A stretch of DNA of 64,000 nt. Origin: an uncultured virus (IMG/VR IMGVR_UViG_3300033153_007854). Its lineage: Duplodnaviria > Heunggongvirae > Uroviricota > Caudoviricetes. Location: IMG/VR virus record IMGVR_UViG_3300033153_007854; one strand, written 5' to 3'. A program made the translations under genes and the position numbers. Shown piece after piece: positions 44,817 to 54,677 of the stretch. The notes below the pieces were generated by a model. The model had not been told where the DNA came from, made no database searches, and worked only from the letters and a program-made list of their open reading frames with translations. Within the stretch, counting starts at the first letter, position 1, and every line of letters starts with the position of its first letter.

Positions 44817-45952
44817 TCTGAATCACTCCCTGAGAGTGACCCGGAGAAGATGTTCGTGCTTCCCGTATCCGCCCCTCTGTCGGTTTCGACCTCACCACCA
44901 TATATCCAAGTGGTCTTGGCGAGTAATTGAGCTTCGGTGTTGAGCAAGTCAACCTTGTCCTCAGTTTGGTCGTAGGCTACCCCCGTTGAAATTGTTCTGA
45001 AGAACTGGACCACCTTCACTATCGCCGTGATAATGAGGGCGATTGCCGTCTGCGCCAAGCCTGCTATCCCGTAAGGGACTTTGCTGGCAACGATGTCTTT
45101 GATGTCACTGTATGTAAGGGGCGTCCCAAGAATGGTTTCGACCTGGACGTATGAGCCTGTAGCCGCCACGCTGATGAGATGCTGTCCTAATACTTTGAAC
45201 GGGGTGAAGACGTAGACAGTTATCACATCCGTCGTGTTGACCTCTTCTGAGGATTTGGCTGGGTCGAATGGGAGTGGAATCGGGACTGGTATTTGGATGT
45301 CCCTGGAGAAGAATGTCTTTCCCGTGATTGCTCCCTTTGCGGTGATGGTGAATTGCAGTGTTGGCGTTGCTATGGATTTCTCGGCCACGAGTGCGTGTAC
45401 CTTCTCCTCTACCCGTGCATATGCACGGCTTCCATCGACAGGGGGCATCACGAGTCCACGGCTTCTCTGTTCCTTGTACTCTGCATCTCTTGTGGTGTCG
45501 AACAATATTTGACTTCCGCTGAGAAGGCCGTCCTTGGTATCCATGAGCTTTGCGCCTTTGAAAATGCTTCCGTTTCCGAATCCCTGATTGTTGCCTAGCT
45601 GTCCGGGTGACCGGATTACACCATCTTCGAGAATGTTCGGACTCAGTATCCTCTTCAACAGAGGTTTTTCAATGTCCTGGTTATTGTCGTCCACACCGCC
45701 AATAGGTTCCAGCGTTACGTTGTAATTCCCCACCTTGTAGTTTGTCGTTGATGATAATGAGCCGTCGCTCGGTGCATGGCTGGTAGACCATTGGCCGCCG
45801 ACGATGCTGAGTCTGCATCTTACCTTCGTTGAAAAGAATCCCTCATCGGTCCCAGTGCCATCCCCCTCATCGCCAAAGCTGATACAGCCCGTTGCTGATG
45901 TGGCAATTAATATCACGATGCACAATACTGCGATTATCTTCCATCTTTTCAA
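44810..45952 (-). CDS. Lipoprotein of unknown function
   Basis: Lipobox SATGC; hydrophobic segment near the C-terminus; TTG start with a GGTGA RBS. Confidence 0.7.
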   Translation of the reverse strand: MKRWKIIAVLCIVILIATSATGCISFGDEGDGTGTDEGFFSTKVRCRLSIVGGQWSTSHAPSDGSLSSTTNYKVGNYNVTLEPIGGVDDNNQDIEKPLLKRILSPNILEDGVIRSPGQLGNNQGFGNGSIFKGAKLMDTKDGLLSGSQILFDTTRDAEYKEQRSRGLVMPPVDGSRAYARVEEKVHALVAEKSIATPTLQFTITAKGAITGKTFFSRDIQIPVPIPLPFDPAKSSEEVNTTDVITVYVFTPFKVLGQHLISVAATGSYVQVETILGTPLTYSDIKDIVASKVPYGIAGLAQTAIALIITAIVKVVQFFRTISTGVAYDQTEDKVDLLNTEAQLLAKTTWIYGGEVETDRGADTGSTNIFSGSLSGSDSEW

Positions 45953-46013
45953 GGTATCACCCCTGTTGGTAGAGATTCCGGCGAATGTGAAGTCCCGAAC
46001 CTTTCAGCCCTAT

Positions 46014-46430
46014 CTATCCCTCCGCCGCTACTTTTCCCGATAACTCCTTCAGCTTTGCAAGACGGTCTTTCTTGGTCGCCAATTCCTTCTCTTCACTTTC
46101 AATCTCGGTTTCCATCTGTGCAAGCTCTTGGTCGGGCACACCGTTGAGAATTTGCGTTAGCTTGTTCTTCTTGGCGTGTACGTTCTTGAGATGGGTTTGT
46201 GCTACAGAGGCGGATTGGGCACTGCACACGATGAGGTCGTCCGAATGAGGAAGTCCCGGCTGCGACTCTAACCGGGCTTTCTGCATGGACATACACTTGT
46301 CCGCCTGCTTGTTCGCATCGTGGTATAGTTCCATCTCGTCGCTGATTTCTAACTTCAGGGCCATGACCTGCTTTGCTACGTCTGGAGGTAGGTCTGTTGG
46401 AAGTCCTGTTTTCTTCTTAAAGAATCCCAT
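46014..46430 (-). CDS. Coiled-coil protein
   Basis: Start reassigned to MGFFKKK (GGAGGTGGTGA RBS, TATA at about 46462-46474). Confidence 0.65.
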   Translation of the reverse strand: MGFFKKKTGLPTDLPPDVAKQVMALKLEISDEMELYHDANKQADKCMSMQKARLESQPGLPHSDDLIVCSAQSASVAQTHLKNVHAKKNKLTQILNGVPDQELAQMETEIESEEKELATKKDRLAKLKELSGKVAAEG

Positions 46431-46480
46431 GGGTTCACCACCTCCTTGATTGATTGCGCCCTTTATATATATATCGGCGA

Positions 46481-46801
46481 TTAGCCGACCAGGGCCCCAT
46501 AGATGCCTCCGATTATTATTGCTCCCATCGTCCCGTGAAGTACGCCTTGGATGAGGTATCTCAATGCCCCACACATCTTTGAGATGGTCAGAGATATTAC
46601 ACCGAGAATGATAAGTAGAGCCCCTGCTCCAATGGCCTTTGTCTCAGGCGAATTGAACAGGTTCGTTACAAATACGAGTGCATCTGTTGAAGTGGATAGT
46701 ATCGTAGCTATCAGCATTAATCCTAAGAATGCTCCCAGGACCGCCCCGATAACGTAAAGGGCTATCTTCATCGGCTTTGGTACTACCATGTCACCCGGCA
46801 T
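46481..46801 (-). CDS. Gly-rich three-TM membrane protein
   Basis: Three hydrophobic helices. Confidence 0.7.
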   Translation of the reverse strand: MPGDMVVPKPMKIALYVIGAVLGAFLGLMLIATILSTSTDALVFVTNLFNSPETKAIGAGALLIILGVISLTISKMCGALRYLIQGVLHGTMGAIIIGGIYGALVG

Positions 46802-46858
46802 ATGGATTCCTCCTGATACCTCGTTTGAAGTTCAGGTTCTTGCGGTTGAATGTAATGA

Positions 46859-48442
46859 CTATTTAGGAACGTGGCAACCGTCATTCTGCATCTGACCGCC
46901 GACCTTCTTGCAATCTCTGGTGCTCATATCGGCGACTATGACTTCCTTTCTTGCGGCAATGATGTAGGCCACTATTAAGACGACGACGACAGCGGCGAAT
47001 GCTGCCACGATGTAGAGGAGGGTCGTCTGGTCTATCTGGATGTCCCCGGCGAATTCGAGATTGAACTGCCTATCGGTTTCCCCACTGACCTCGGAGATGA
47101 CGGACCTGTTCATCGCCTGAACGCATGAGGCTGTCACGACGACTGGGATTCTCTGCTGTGAAATTCCCAGATTGGCTCCAGGTATTTCTATCGAGAGCGT
47201 GAGGTCTTCGTACTCGCCAGCTTCTACAGATACATCATAAGGATGCTCGTATATGGTTCCAGTGTACTTGACGATGGTTGTGTCTATCTTTGCATCGTAC
47301 ACACCATAAGAGTCGCTAACGAGTCCATTGGTTGCACTGTCGTAGGTGTCGCCCGTGACGGGGCCGCTCACTACTGAAACGGCTCCGGGGTTGGCTATTG
47401 CATCCTCATGGTCCAGAATCGGAAAGCCCTCAATTGTGATGACATCCCTGTAGAACCCGCCAAGGACAGAGCCGTTGGCGTTCTTGATGAGGAACTTCCA
47501 CCCCAGGTCGGCGTAGAACTGATTGCCGATAACGTTGAGCCTCACAGTTTCATTCACGAGAGCTGACCCATAAACTCTGAAATCGAAATCCACTGTCGTA
47601 TTCGGTGAGATGCTGGTTTCATTGCTTTCGGAGAGCAACAGCAGATTGACATCATAATCGTCCTCGACAACTGTGGTCGTGATGGTCTGGGTCAGAACAC
47701 TGGAAGTTGAGAGTGATGTCATGGTCACGTTGAACGTCAGAGTATCGCCGACAACCGCATCAGCGGCGGGTTCCACATCGACGTAGAACGTGCTGAATCC
47801 GGTTGCGGGTATCTGAACGTAGTCAATCTCATCATTGATGGAGTGTACCCCAGAAGTCCCGTGGGCCAGCATCGACCAGCCGAAGGTGACGTTGAAAGCC
47901 CTGTTGTAGTCTATGCTGAAATCGGAGAAGGCGACCTGAACGGTGTCATCTGAGTTGCCTTCGTTGTATAGTACAACATCGTATTCCGTCCAAGAACCGA
48001 GTGCGACAACGCCTGTGAACCTAGCGGGGAGTGAATATATCTGAGTGTCAATGATTTCATCGACTATGAGGGTCACGGTGAAACTGCCCGCTCTGGTGTT
48101 GGAGAACTCCACGTTCAGGGGGAACTCCTGTCCATACTGGACGCCACTACCAGCCGTGAGATTGATGTAGACCGCAACTGTTGAGAGTGCGGGCACAGTG
48201 ATTTGACTGGTCTGATAATCGAGAATGTAGCCTTCTGGCGGCTCCTCGACAACGACGAACGTTGTTGCCGATTCGGTTCCTGGGTTGTAAACCTCGAACA
48301 GATAGGAGGCGTCGCCGTTCGGGAGAATGTAGCTCACGGTGTCCTCTTGGCTGATAACTAGGTTGTCGGTCTGTCCCATCACCGTCGGGATGGCGGTTAT
48401 GGTCATCAGCAAAGCCAGTATAACTGTAATTGTTCTTTTCAT
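46859..48442 (-). CDS. Type I membrane surface protein with Ig-like (COG1470/NEW3-like) domains
   Basis: Signal peptide; YNEGNSDDTV-type repeats; C-terminal TM and a tail with a Cys pair. Confidence 0.75.
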   Translation of the reverse strand: MKRTITVILALLMTITAIPTVMGQTDNLVISQEDTVSYILPNGDASYLFEVYNPGTESATTFVVVEEPPEGYILDYQTSQITVPALSTVAVYINLTAGSGVQYGQEFPLNVEFSNTRAGSFTVTLIVDEIIDTQIYSLPARFTGVVALGSWTEYDVVLYNEGNSDDTVQVAFSDFSIDYNRAFNVTFGWSMLAHGTSGVHSINDEIDYVQIPATGFSTFYVDVEPAADAVVGDTLTFNVTMTSLSTSSVLTQTITTTVVEDDYDVNLLLLSESNETSISPNTTVDFDFRVYGSALVNETVRLNVIGNQFYADLGWKFLIKNANGSVLGGFYRDVITIEGFPILDHEDAIANPGAVSVVSGPVTGDTYDSATNGLVSDSYGVYDAKIDTTIVKYTGTIYEHPYDVSVEAGEYEDLTLSIEIPGANLGISQQRIPVVVTASCVQAMNRSVISEVSGETDRQFNLEFAGDIQIDQTTLLYIVAAFAAVVVVLIVAYIIAARKEVIVADMSTRDCKKVGGQMQNDGCHVPK

Positions 48443-48447
48443 TGAAA

Positions 48448-49809
48448 TCACTCCTTAATCTTGCCCTCATACTCGGTTCCGTTCTTTCTCCTCGTTGCGA
48501 CAACTGCGAATGAGATTATGATGACTATGAGAACTGCCGCTATTGCGATAATTGCGATTGTGTAACTTGATTCCACTTCCACCGAGGCATATGCATCGGC
48601 TTCCGCACCGCCGACCTCATATGAATCCGTGACGCTGTTCTTGTTGTTGATGGCCACGGTCACGGTGGCGGCAAGGTTGTCGCCTTTTACGGCATCCTCC
48701 CCGGCGGTGACGGCTATTCTGTAAACATCTCCGGTTTCGCCAGGTTGAAGGTCGGCGGTTAAGAGGTCTTCCACATCCGTCCACTCGGCCCCATCCCATG
48801 ACTGGAGTTTGGCAGTAATCGAACCAGTTATAGTCGTTGAGAGTTCGAGAGTGTAATCGTATGTACTGTTTGATGCACCATTTTCCACCCTGAAGTTCAA
48901 GTATCCTGTTTCCCCTGCAAGAAGGTCCAGACCTGATGCTCCGAATGGTACGATGTCTATACTTATTGATGGGCTTCCAGTCTTGGCAAAATGAGAGTAT
49001 GGAGTGGATGAAACCCATTCTGTGTCAACTCCCGAACCGTTCAACCTGTAACGAAGGTCAAAAGAAGTTTGGCGTAAGGTGGAAACGTTTGTGGCGAGGG
49101 TTGACGAATATTCGAATCGCAGATAGGCGGATTGCGTTCCGATGGCTGGGAATGATATTTGGTGGGCCGCCGGGGATGCCGCCTTTGTCCATTCATCAGC
49201 AATGTTGAGCTTGTAATACAATGCTGGGTAATCCTCAGTTTCCCTCCAGTCATCCGGGTTTGCTAAGACTTCTGTGAATTTGACTGTGTAGACCCTCAGA
49301 CCAAGCATATTATGGAGTGTGAGGTCCACACTAGCTGGTTCGCCGTTGGCGACCTCTTCAGCAAGAGGTGGTGCGGTTGCAGTTGTATGGAGTTCCAACC
49401 ATGTTCCAGCCCTGACAGTCGCTTCCCAGGTCTGCTCGTCGCCGTATCCCCTTCCCGTAGCTGCGAAAAGTTGAATCGAGAGGTTCGTCAATTCGGCGTC
49501 ATCATCGGCGGTGAGAGTGAGGTTGAAATAGAGCGTTTCGTATGCATCTATATAGAATTGCTCCCTATCGTTCAGGTCCACAGTCAGACCGTCGGCAGCC
49601 AGATATGTGATGGTAACGCTGGTTCCGCTCGTATCGTTGTTCACGACCTTGTAGGCAACGTCGATTGATTGTCCCTGGTTCAGTTCGATGTCTTCGTCGA
49701 GTATAACGATGTCCACGCCCACAGTTTGGCCCGAGGCCATTGGTAGAGCGATGATTGTGAACATCATCACTGCCAAAAGAGTTCCGATTGTCTTTGTCCT
49801 GTCTTTCAT
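48448..49809 (-). CDS. Type I membrane Ig-like surface protein (paralogue)
   Basis: Signal peptide, beta-rich repeats, C-terminal TM. Confidence 0.75.
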   Translation of the reverse strand: MKDRTKTIGTLLAVMMFTIIALPMASGQTVGVDIVILDEDIELNQGQSIDVAYKVVNNDTSGTSVTITYLAADGLTVDLNDREQFYIDAYETLYFNLTLTADDDAELTNLSIQLFAATGRGYGDEQTWEATVRAGTWLELHTTATAPPLAEEVANGEPASVDLTLHNMLGLRVYTVKFTEVLANPDDWRETEDYPALYYKLNIADEWTKAASPAAHQISFPAIGTQSAYLRFEYSSTLATNVSTLRQTSFDLRYRLNGSGVDTEWVSSTPYSHFAKTGSPSISIDIVPFGASGLDLLAGETGYLNFRVENGASNSTYDYTLELSTTITGSITAKLQSWDGAEWTDVEDLLTADLQPGETGDVYRIAVTAGEDAVKGDNLAATVTVAINNKNSVTDSYEVGGAEADAYASVEVESSYTIAIIAIAAVLIVIIISFAVVATRRKNGTEYEGKIKE

Positions 49810-49829
49810 CAACATTCCTCCTTTAATCG

Positions 49830-51263
49830 TCAATATCTTCCCCCGCCTAGTGGTCCCTTCCTACTACCCTTTTCCTTGGGCTGGCACATATCAAGTGCCG
49901 GATTCCAGTCGCCACCTTTGGCTTCGCACTGAATCATTTGCATCTTGATGGCAGTTCGCCTCTGGACAAAGTAAAGTACGAGTAAGATGGATACTACTGC
50001 AACAATGAGAATGGCCCACCAATATTCAAGCAATGTGGCAGAGAATGGTGTCGGTGCTTCTGGCTGGGCCGAGCCGAAACCGAGATTCTCGAAGATGCGT
50101 GAGGTCACTCTTGCCTCCACAATAACTCCGAGAGCGATGGTGTCAGAGCCGGAGCGAACTCCCTCTGTTGGCGTGACCTGAAGCTGGAATTTCCTGGTTT
50201 CCCCGGTATCAATCGAGGTAATATAGGAATTGTCTATGGTCGAGTTGGTCCAATCGCCCTTTCCATTTATCCGGGCCGTATCGTATTCCCCGGTAACGGT
50301 GTTGTACTCGTACAGCTTGACATTCCACTTGTTGAGAATCCCTGTAGGTGTATCCCCAATGCCTCCCGTGTAGAACTTGAGAGCTAGGGGGGCTTCCACG
50401 AGTCCAACATTCGATATTGTGAAATTGTAGAATGCAGTTTCGCCGATTCCGAGATTCTTCGTGTTGATTTCTCCAGAGGCGAGGTCCATGCTGATGCTGT
50501 AGACGTTCTCGGTCACACCCACGAATCTTCCTGTAGCGGTCAATTCGGTGATTGTGCCTGTGACCTTCGCTTTTACCTGTATCCAATGCGAAGTATTCGT
50601 ACCAATCAGAGGGGTGATGAGAATATCATATTGGGATTGAACCGTCACTTGAGATACAGAAGTTGTTATGGTAAACAGTTGCTCCCATGAGATTGCCGGA
50701 CTTTCCGTTTGACCGGAATGGCTTACGACCTCGTATCCCGCCGAGAACGTTTCAGTTGATATACCGAGGACGTTCACTTTGAGAGGATAGGCGTCACCAG
50801 GGTTTGTAGTAATCCTCGTTTCGTAGGATGTTCCAATGTTCAGACCCCACGCAACTTCCACTGGAGTTCCCGATACCGTAGTGACATATTCCTGAACATC
50901 TACGAATCCACCACGGCTGGAAGTGGCTTCCAGTTGGGCGACATATGAATCTCCTGGGTCCACTCCTTCGCTGGAGTTGACCCAAAGATAGGATAATGCA
51001 TACGAACCCGCCGGAACCAATATGACCGACGGGGTTATGGATGTTGTCCAGTTCGATGTCGGATTGGCGATAGACAGGGATACCGTTATGTCATAGTCCA
51101 CCTGGCTCACAATCGTTATATTGTAAGCGGCGGAGCCACCGACAGATATGGATTGGTTCTGTTCTCCACTGATGATGAACGGCTCTGTTGCTGTGGCTGG
51201 TATGTTCACTATCAGCAGAGCCAGTACCAGGCCCACTATCATGATGCCTATTTTCCTCGACAT
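49830..51263 (-). CDS. Type I membrane Ig-like surface protein (paralogue)
   Basis: Signal peptide, YNFTISNVG repeat, C-terminal TM and tail CEAKGGDWNPALDMC. Confidence 0.75.
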   Translation of the reverse strand: MSRKIGIMIVGLVLALLIVNIPATATEPFIISGEQNQSISVGGSAAYNITIVSQVDYDITVSLSIANPTSNWTTSITPSVILVPAGSYALSYLWVNSSEGVDPGDSYVAQLEATSSRGGFVDVQEYVTTVSGTPVEVAWGLNIGTSYETRITTNPGDAYPLKVNVLGISTETFSAGYEVVSHSGQTESPAISWEQLFTITTSVSQVTVQSQYDILITPLIGTNTSHWIQVKAKVTGTITELTATGRFVGVTENVYSISMDLASGEINTKNLGIGETAFYNFTISNVGLVEAPLALKFYTGGIGDTPTGILNKWNVKLYEYNTVTGEYDTARINGKGDWTNSTIDNSYITSIDTGETRKFQLQVTPTEGVRSGSDTIALGVIVEARVTSRIFENLGFGSAQPEAPTPFSATLLEYWWAILIVAVVSILLVLYFVQRRTAIKMQMIQCEAKGGDWNPALDMCQPKEKGSRKGPLGGGRY

Positions 51264-51291
51264 TGGTATCGCCTTCCTGCGGATGTTCTGT

Positions 51292-51786
51292 CTACTTGTA
51301 CTTGATGACAAGTGCGATGACGACGATGATGATGATGGCAGCCACGGCTATGATTGCCACCCAGACCCATGGGTTGGACCAGAAGGATACTCCCGGTGCG
51401 GCTGGGGCTCCGGCCCTCGTTAGGGTGATGGTAACTATCTGACGGGTTTCGTTGAGGTCGGTGATGAGACTCGCCGAGCCCTCATAGTCCACGCCGCCGG
51501 ATGTCACAGTCGCTTCGACAACGAGAACGTCCCCGTCCCTCAATCCATTCTCCAGGTTGAGAGCAGAAAGGGCGAACTTGCCGCCGTTATCTGTTATTTC
51601 GATTACACTTGTGTCATTCGTCCTTTGATTGGTGAGGAAGACACTAGCATCGTCTACGCCGACATCATTGAGCTTGACGGTTCCGAAGATAGCGTGTTCG
51701 TCCTGATACGCAGAGGCCGTGAAGCCGACCAGGATGACAGTCAATAGCAGGCAGATTGCTCCGATTGAGATTATCTTGTTGTTCAT
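51292..51786 (-). CDS. Small anchored carboxypeptidase-regulatory-like domain protein, paralogue of 62193-62720
   Basis: Signal peptide; LTNQRT...NLENG...GD; C-terminal TM. Confidence 0.75.
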   Translation of the reverse strand: MNNKIISIGAICLLLTVILVGFTASAYQDEHAIFGTVKLNDVGVDDASVFLTNQRTNDTSVIEITDNGGKFALSALNLENGLRDGDVLVVEATVTSGGVDYEGSASLITDLNETRQIVTITLTRAGAPAAPGVSFWSNPWVWVAIIAVAAIIIIVVIALVIKYK

Positions 51787-51788
51787 TT

Positions 51789-54278
51789 CTACCACCTCCC
51801 TAGAGTGGTTTCCGATTCAAGGAAGACCCAGAAGCCTTCCTCGAATGCCACCTCATGGGCTGATGCTTCAGGGCTACCTTCGAGTAGCGTCCTGTAGATA
51901 CCATCATCGTCCCTGTAGGTGAAGGTTGTCGCTCCGAACATCACCATAACGTCCTGAGCCGTGTAGTCGAACTGATAGTAGCTGATTCCCACGAAGCTAA
52001 CCCCGGCGGGGAATGTGACTCCGGCAAGTCCCGTGGTTTCATTAGTAGTGAGAATCGGGATAGTTATATTCACTGTAGAGTTCACATGAATCATATATGC
52101 AGTGTGGCCGTTGAGGGGCGCATTATCTCCAAAGAGTCCTAGTTCCGCACCTGCGTCCAGAGCTACATGATACACACCGTTGTCGTCCCTCCACGTTATC
52201 ATCTCGACATATTCGTTGTCGAGGAGGTCGTACACGGTGAAGTTGGCGTGTGGTGTGTATGGGAATGAAACGACGTTGAAGCCGGGTACGAGGGTGATGT
52301 TCTGAATGGCGGTAGTCACCTGATTCTCAAGAGGGCCTATCTCGAAGTAGGTCGTATCATTGTCACCATCATCGTTCACAGTGTAGTAAACGACGTTCTC
52401 GAATGAATCATTGCTTGCGAGCGTGTCGTTCCACGAGGAGGTATTGATGACGTAGTATCCGTCAGGAATGGTGAAGTATACCTCAACGTTCTTGTTGCTC
52501 GAAGAGGCCGAATCAATCGTCAGGTTGTGGTATTCCAGAGAGTTGTCAACATCCGCTGTGACGTTTCCGGTCTGGCCCATGAAGACATAGCCGATGTCCT
52601 CAACTGGGCCGTACTCGAATGTGAGCGTTGTGATGCTCTCCGTCAGGTTGAAGTCGTAATACTCACCGTCCATTAACATCTCGATGTTGTTGTCGGTGTC
52701 GTACCAGGCGGGGTCGTCATCGAAGATGAACTCGACCATATCGAGAGTTTCGGCCTCGGTGATTGTCCCGTCCATGTTGCCGAACAAGTCCGCCCAGTAG
52801 AGGAGGAGGTATATTCCGTTGTCCTGAACTTCCATGTATTCTCCGGTTCCGTTCCTCCAGTCGTCCAGTGTGATGTTATAGTAGGTTCCGGCGTTCCCCC
52901 TGGCGGTTCCCATGGTTTCCAGAACGATGTCGTGTGTGGTGTTCTCCGTGATTTCATCGAGGTGGTCAGTCATGAAGGCATGGTCGTAGGAGTCCACGGT
53001 TAGGTAATATGTGAAATTCGCCTCATTCGGGACGTACATCTCATAGTAACCAGTCGCATTGGTCGTCGTGTAGTTGAGTGCCAGGAAAGTCCCGAGAATC
53101 AGGGCTCCGTTGTTCCTGTTGTACGCAAAGATGTTCACATCTTCTCCATCAACGGGCTCACCATCTTCATCGGTGATAGTTCCGTTAAGGGTGATGTTCT
53201 CGTTTGCGGAGTGCATGGTGATGTTAAGTTCGGTGAGTTCGAGAGCGTCGGGGAAGACCTTGTGCATCTCGCCATAGTATCCATCAGTCTCGGCAAGGAC
53301 GCAAAGACCATGCTCCGAATAGTTCTGGTCGAACTCGTACATTCCGCCCGGAAGGAAGTATCCATCATAACCAGCCGAGAAGAACTCCTCGGGGGTGAAG
53401 GTGAACACCACATTCGAGGGGTCGTCAATGAGATTGCCTGATTCGTCCACGAGGTATCCCTGAACATGAGTCACGAGGTCGTCCGTGAAGACCAAGGTGG
53501 CAACGTCGTTGGTATCGAGAGTGTAAGTCCAATTTCCTTGCCATCCGACCTGGGAGGTTTCCGCCCAATTCCCGGCAATCGGATACTCCTCATTGTAGGT
53601 GTATCCGTAGTAGTAGACGTACTCGGAGTCCATCGTGTACCATGCTGTGCTGAGTGGGATGACGAACTCTGCCTGAGAATGGTCCTCGGCGTTGTATTCG
53701 GAGGCGGCGAAGGTCCAGTTGAAGTCCACGCCGAAAATGCTGTAATTTCCGGCTGAATCGGCGGTGCTTCCCCAGTATCCACCATAATCCCTATTGTGCC
53801 AGTCGTTGTAGAAGTCGGTGATATAAGCACCCTCTATCTCATCACTGCTGATATTGTAATATATGTTTTGAGCAAATGAGGGTTCGTATGTGTCATTGAA
53901 ATAGCCATCATGGTCTATGTCAATTTGGATGTCGAAATACGTTTCACCCAAATCCCATAAACTTGGATATGTGGCGTTGATGACTGAGGCATTCTCGAAG
54001 ATGAAGTCACACCATATATACAGATAATCCCCATCTGTCTTGAACGTGAGATAAAAGTCCTCAGCGTCGTTGTAAAAGGTCGTCTGGTGTCCATCATACT
54101 CGCCTGCCGTGTTCAGGCCGTCAATGGTCATCGCTTCAGTCGAATAGGTGGCCGTGTGTTCCGTACCAGTCTCTATTCCGACAGTCGTTTCCCAACCAGA
54201 TGCCATGCCGCTGAATACAGTCAGCATAGCGACGGTCATGAGCATAGCCCCGATAATCGTGGTCTGAACCTTCTTCAT
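51789..54278 (-). CDS. Large acidic secreted glycoprotein (CBM9-like and carboxypeptidase-regulatory-like domains) with the shared C-terminal module
   Basis: Start MKKVQ with a GGTGA RBS; TIDG...EY..., ITLNGTITDEDGEPV; LVPGFNVVSFP repeat. Confidence 0.8.
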   Translation of the reverse strand: MKKVQTTIIGAMLMTVAMLTVFSGMASGWETTVGIETGTEHTATYSTEAMTIDGLNTAGEYDGHQTTFYNDAEDFYLTFKTDGDYLYIWCDFIFENASVINATYPSLWDLGETYFDIQIDIDHDGYFNDTYEPSFAQNIYYNISSDEIEGAYITDFYNDWHNRDYGGYWGSTADSAGNYSIFGVDFNWTFAASEYNAEDHSQAEFVIPLSTAWYTMDSEYVYYYGYTYNEEYPIAGNWAETSQVGWQGNWTYTLDTNDVATLVFTDDLVTHVQGYLVDESGNLIDDPSNVVFTFTPEEFFSAGYDGYFLPGGMYEFDQNYSEHGLCVLAETDGYYGEMHKVFPDALELTELNITMHSANENITLNGTITDEDGEPVDGEDVNIFAYNRNNGALILGTFLALNYTTTNATGYYEMYVPNEANFTYYLTVDSYDHAFMTDHLDEITENTTHDIVLETMGTARGNAGTYYNITLDDWRNGTGEYMEVQDNGIYLLLYWADLFGNMDGTITEAETLDMVEFIFDDDPAWYDTDNNIEMLMDGEYYDFNLTESITTLTFEYGPVEDIGYVFMGQTGNVTADVDNSLEYHNLTIDSASSSNKNVEVYFTIPDGYYVINTSSWNDTLASNDSFENVVYYTVNDDGDNDTTYFEIGPLENQVTTAIQNITLVPGFNVVSFPYTPHANFTVYDLLDNEYVEMITWRDDNGVYHVALDAGAELGLFGDNAPLNGHTAYMIHVNSTVNITIPILTTNETTGLAGVTFPAGVSFVGISYYQFDYTAQDVMVMFGATTFTYRDDDGIYRTLLEGSPEASAHEVAFEEGFWVFLESETTLGRW

Positions 54279-54322
54279 GATACTCACCTTATGGTCTTCC
54301 AAACTCGCTACGATTAAGGAAG

Positions 54323-54344
54323 TATATATACGTTTGTAATCAAT
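54323..54344 (-). promoter_or_regulatory. Class II conserved promoter (perfect consensus)
   Basis: Heads the surface-protein operon that starts at 54278. Confidence 0.85.
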
Positions 54345-54368
54345 CGTCGATTTCCGCTTGGGGTAATT

Positions 54369-54668
54369 CTATTTCAATTCCCATGAATCCGGCTCGCCCC
54401 TGATTCTCGCCAGCTTCTTCCGCCCGCCGGATGTTACTCTCATGATGAGTCGTTTAGCGGCAGCCGTCTGTGGAACCAATTGACGCCGCTCAACCGTGTA
54501 CTGGTCTTTCGGAAGCAGGTAACTCTGGGTCTGAGGACGCTTCTTCCCCGGAACTTTGCATGAACGCCTGAGATGATTTCCAGGTCGTCCGATGTCCTGT
54601 GTTCTTATGGTCCCTGGTTCACATTCCGTCTTGTGGTCCCTTACGACGATTGAGTAGAAATTCTTCAT
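54369..54668 (-). CDS. Small basic hypothetical protein
   Basis: 99 aa with a GAGGT RBS. Confidence 0.6.
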   Translation of the reverse strand: MKNFYSIVVRDHKTECEPGTIRTQDIGRPGNHLRRSCKVPGKKRPQTQSYLLPKDQYTVERRQLVPQTAAAKRLIMRVTSGGRKKLARIRGEPDSWELK

Positions 54669-54677
54669 CAGAATACC

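Noticed and set aside
46461..46482. TATATATATA upstream of 46430 as a class II promoter
   Set aside because: A TATA box is present but the ATTGATTACAAAC block is absent.
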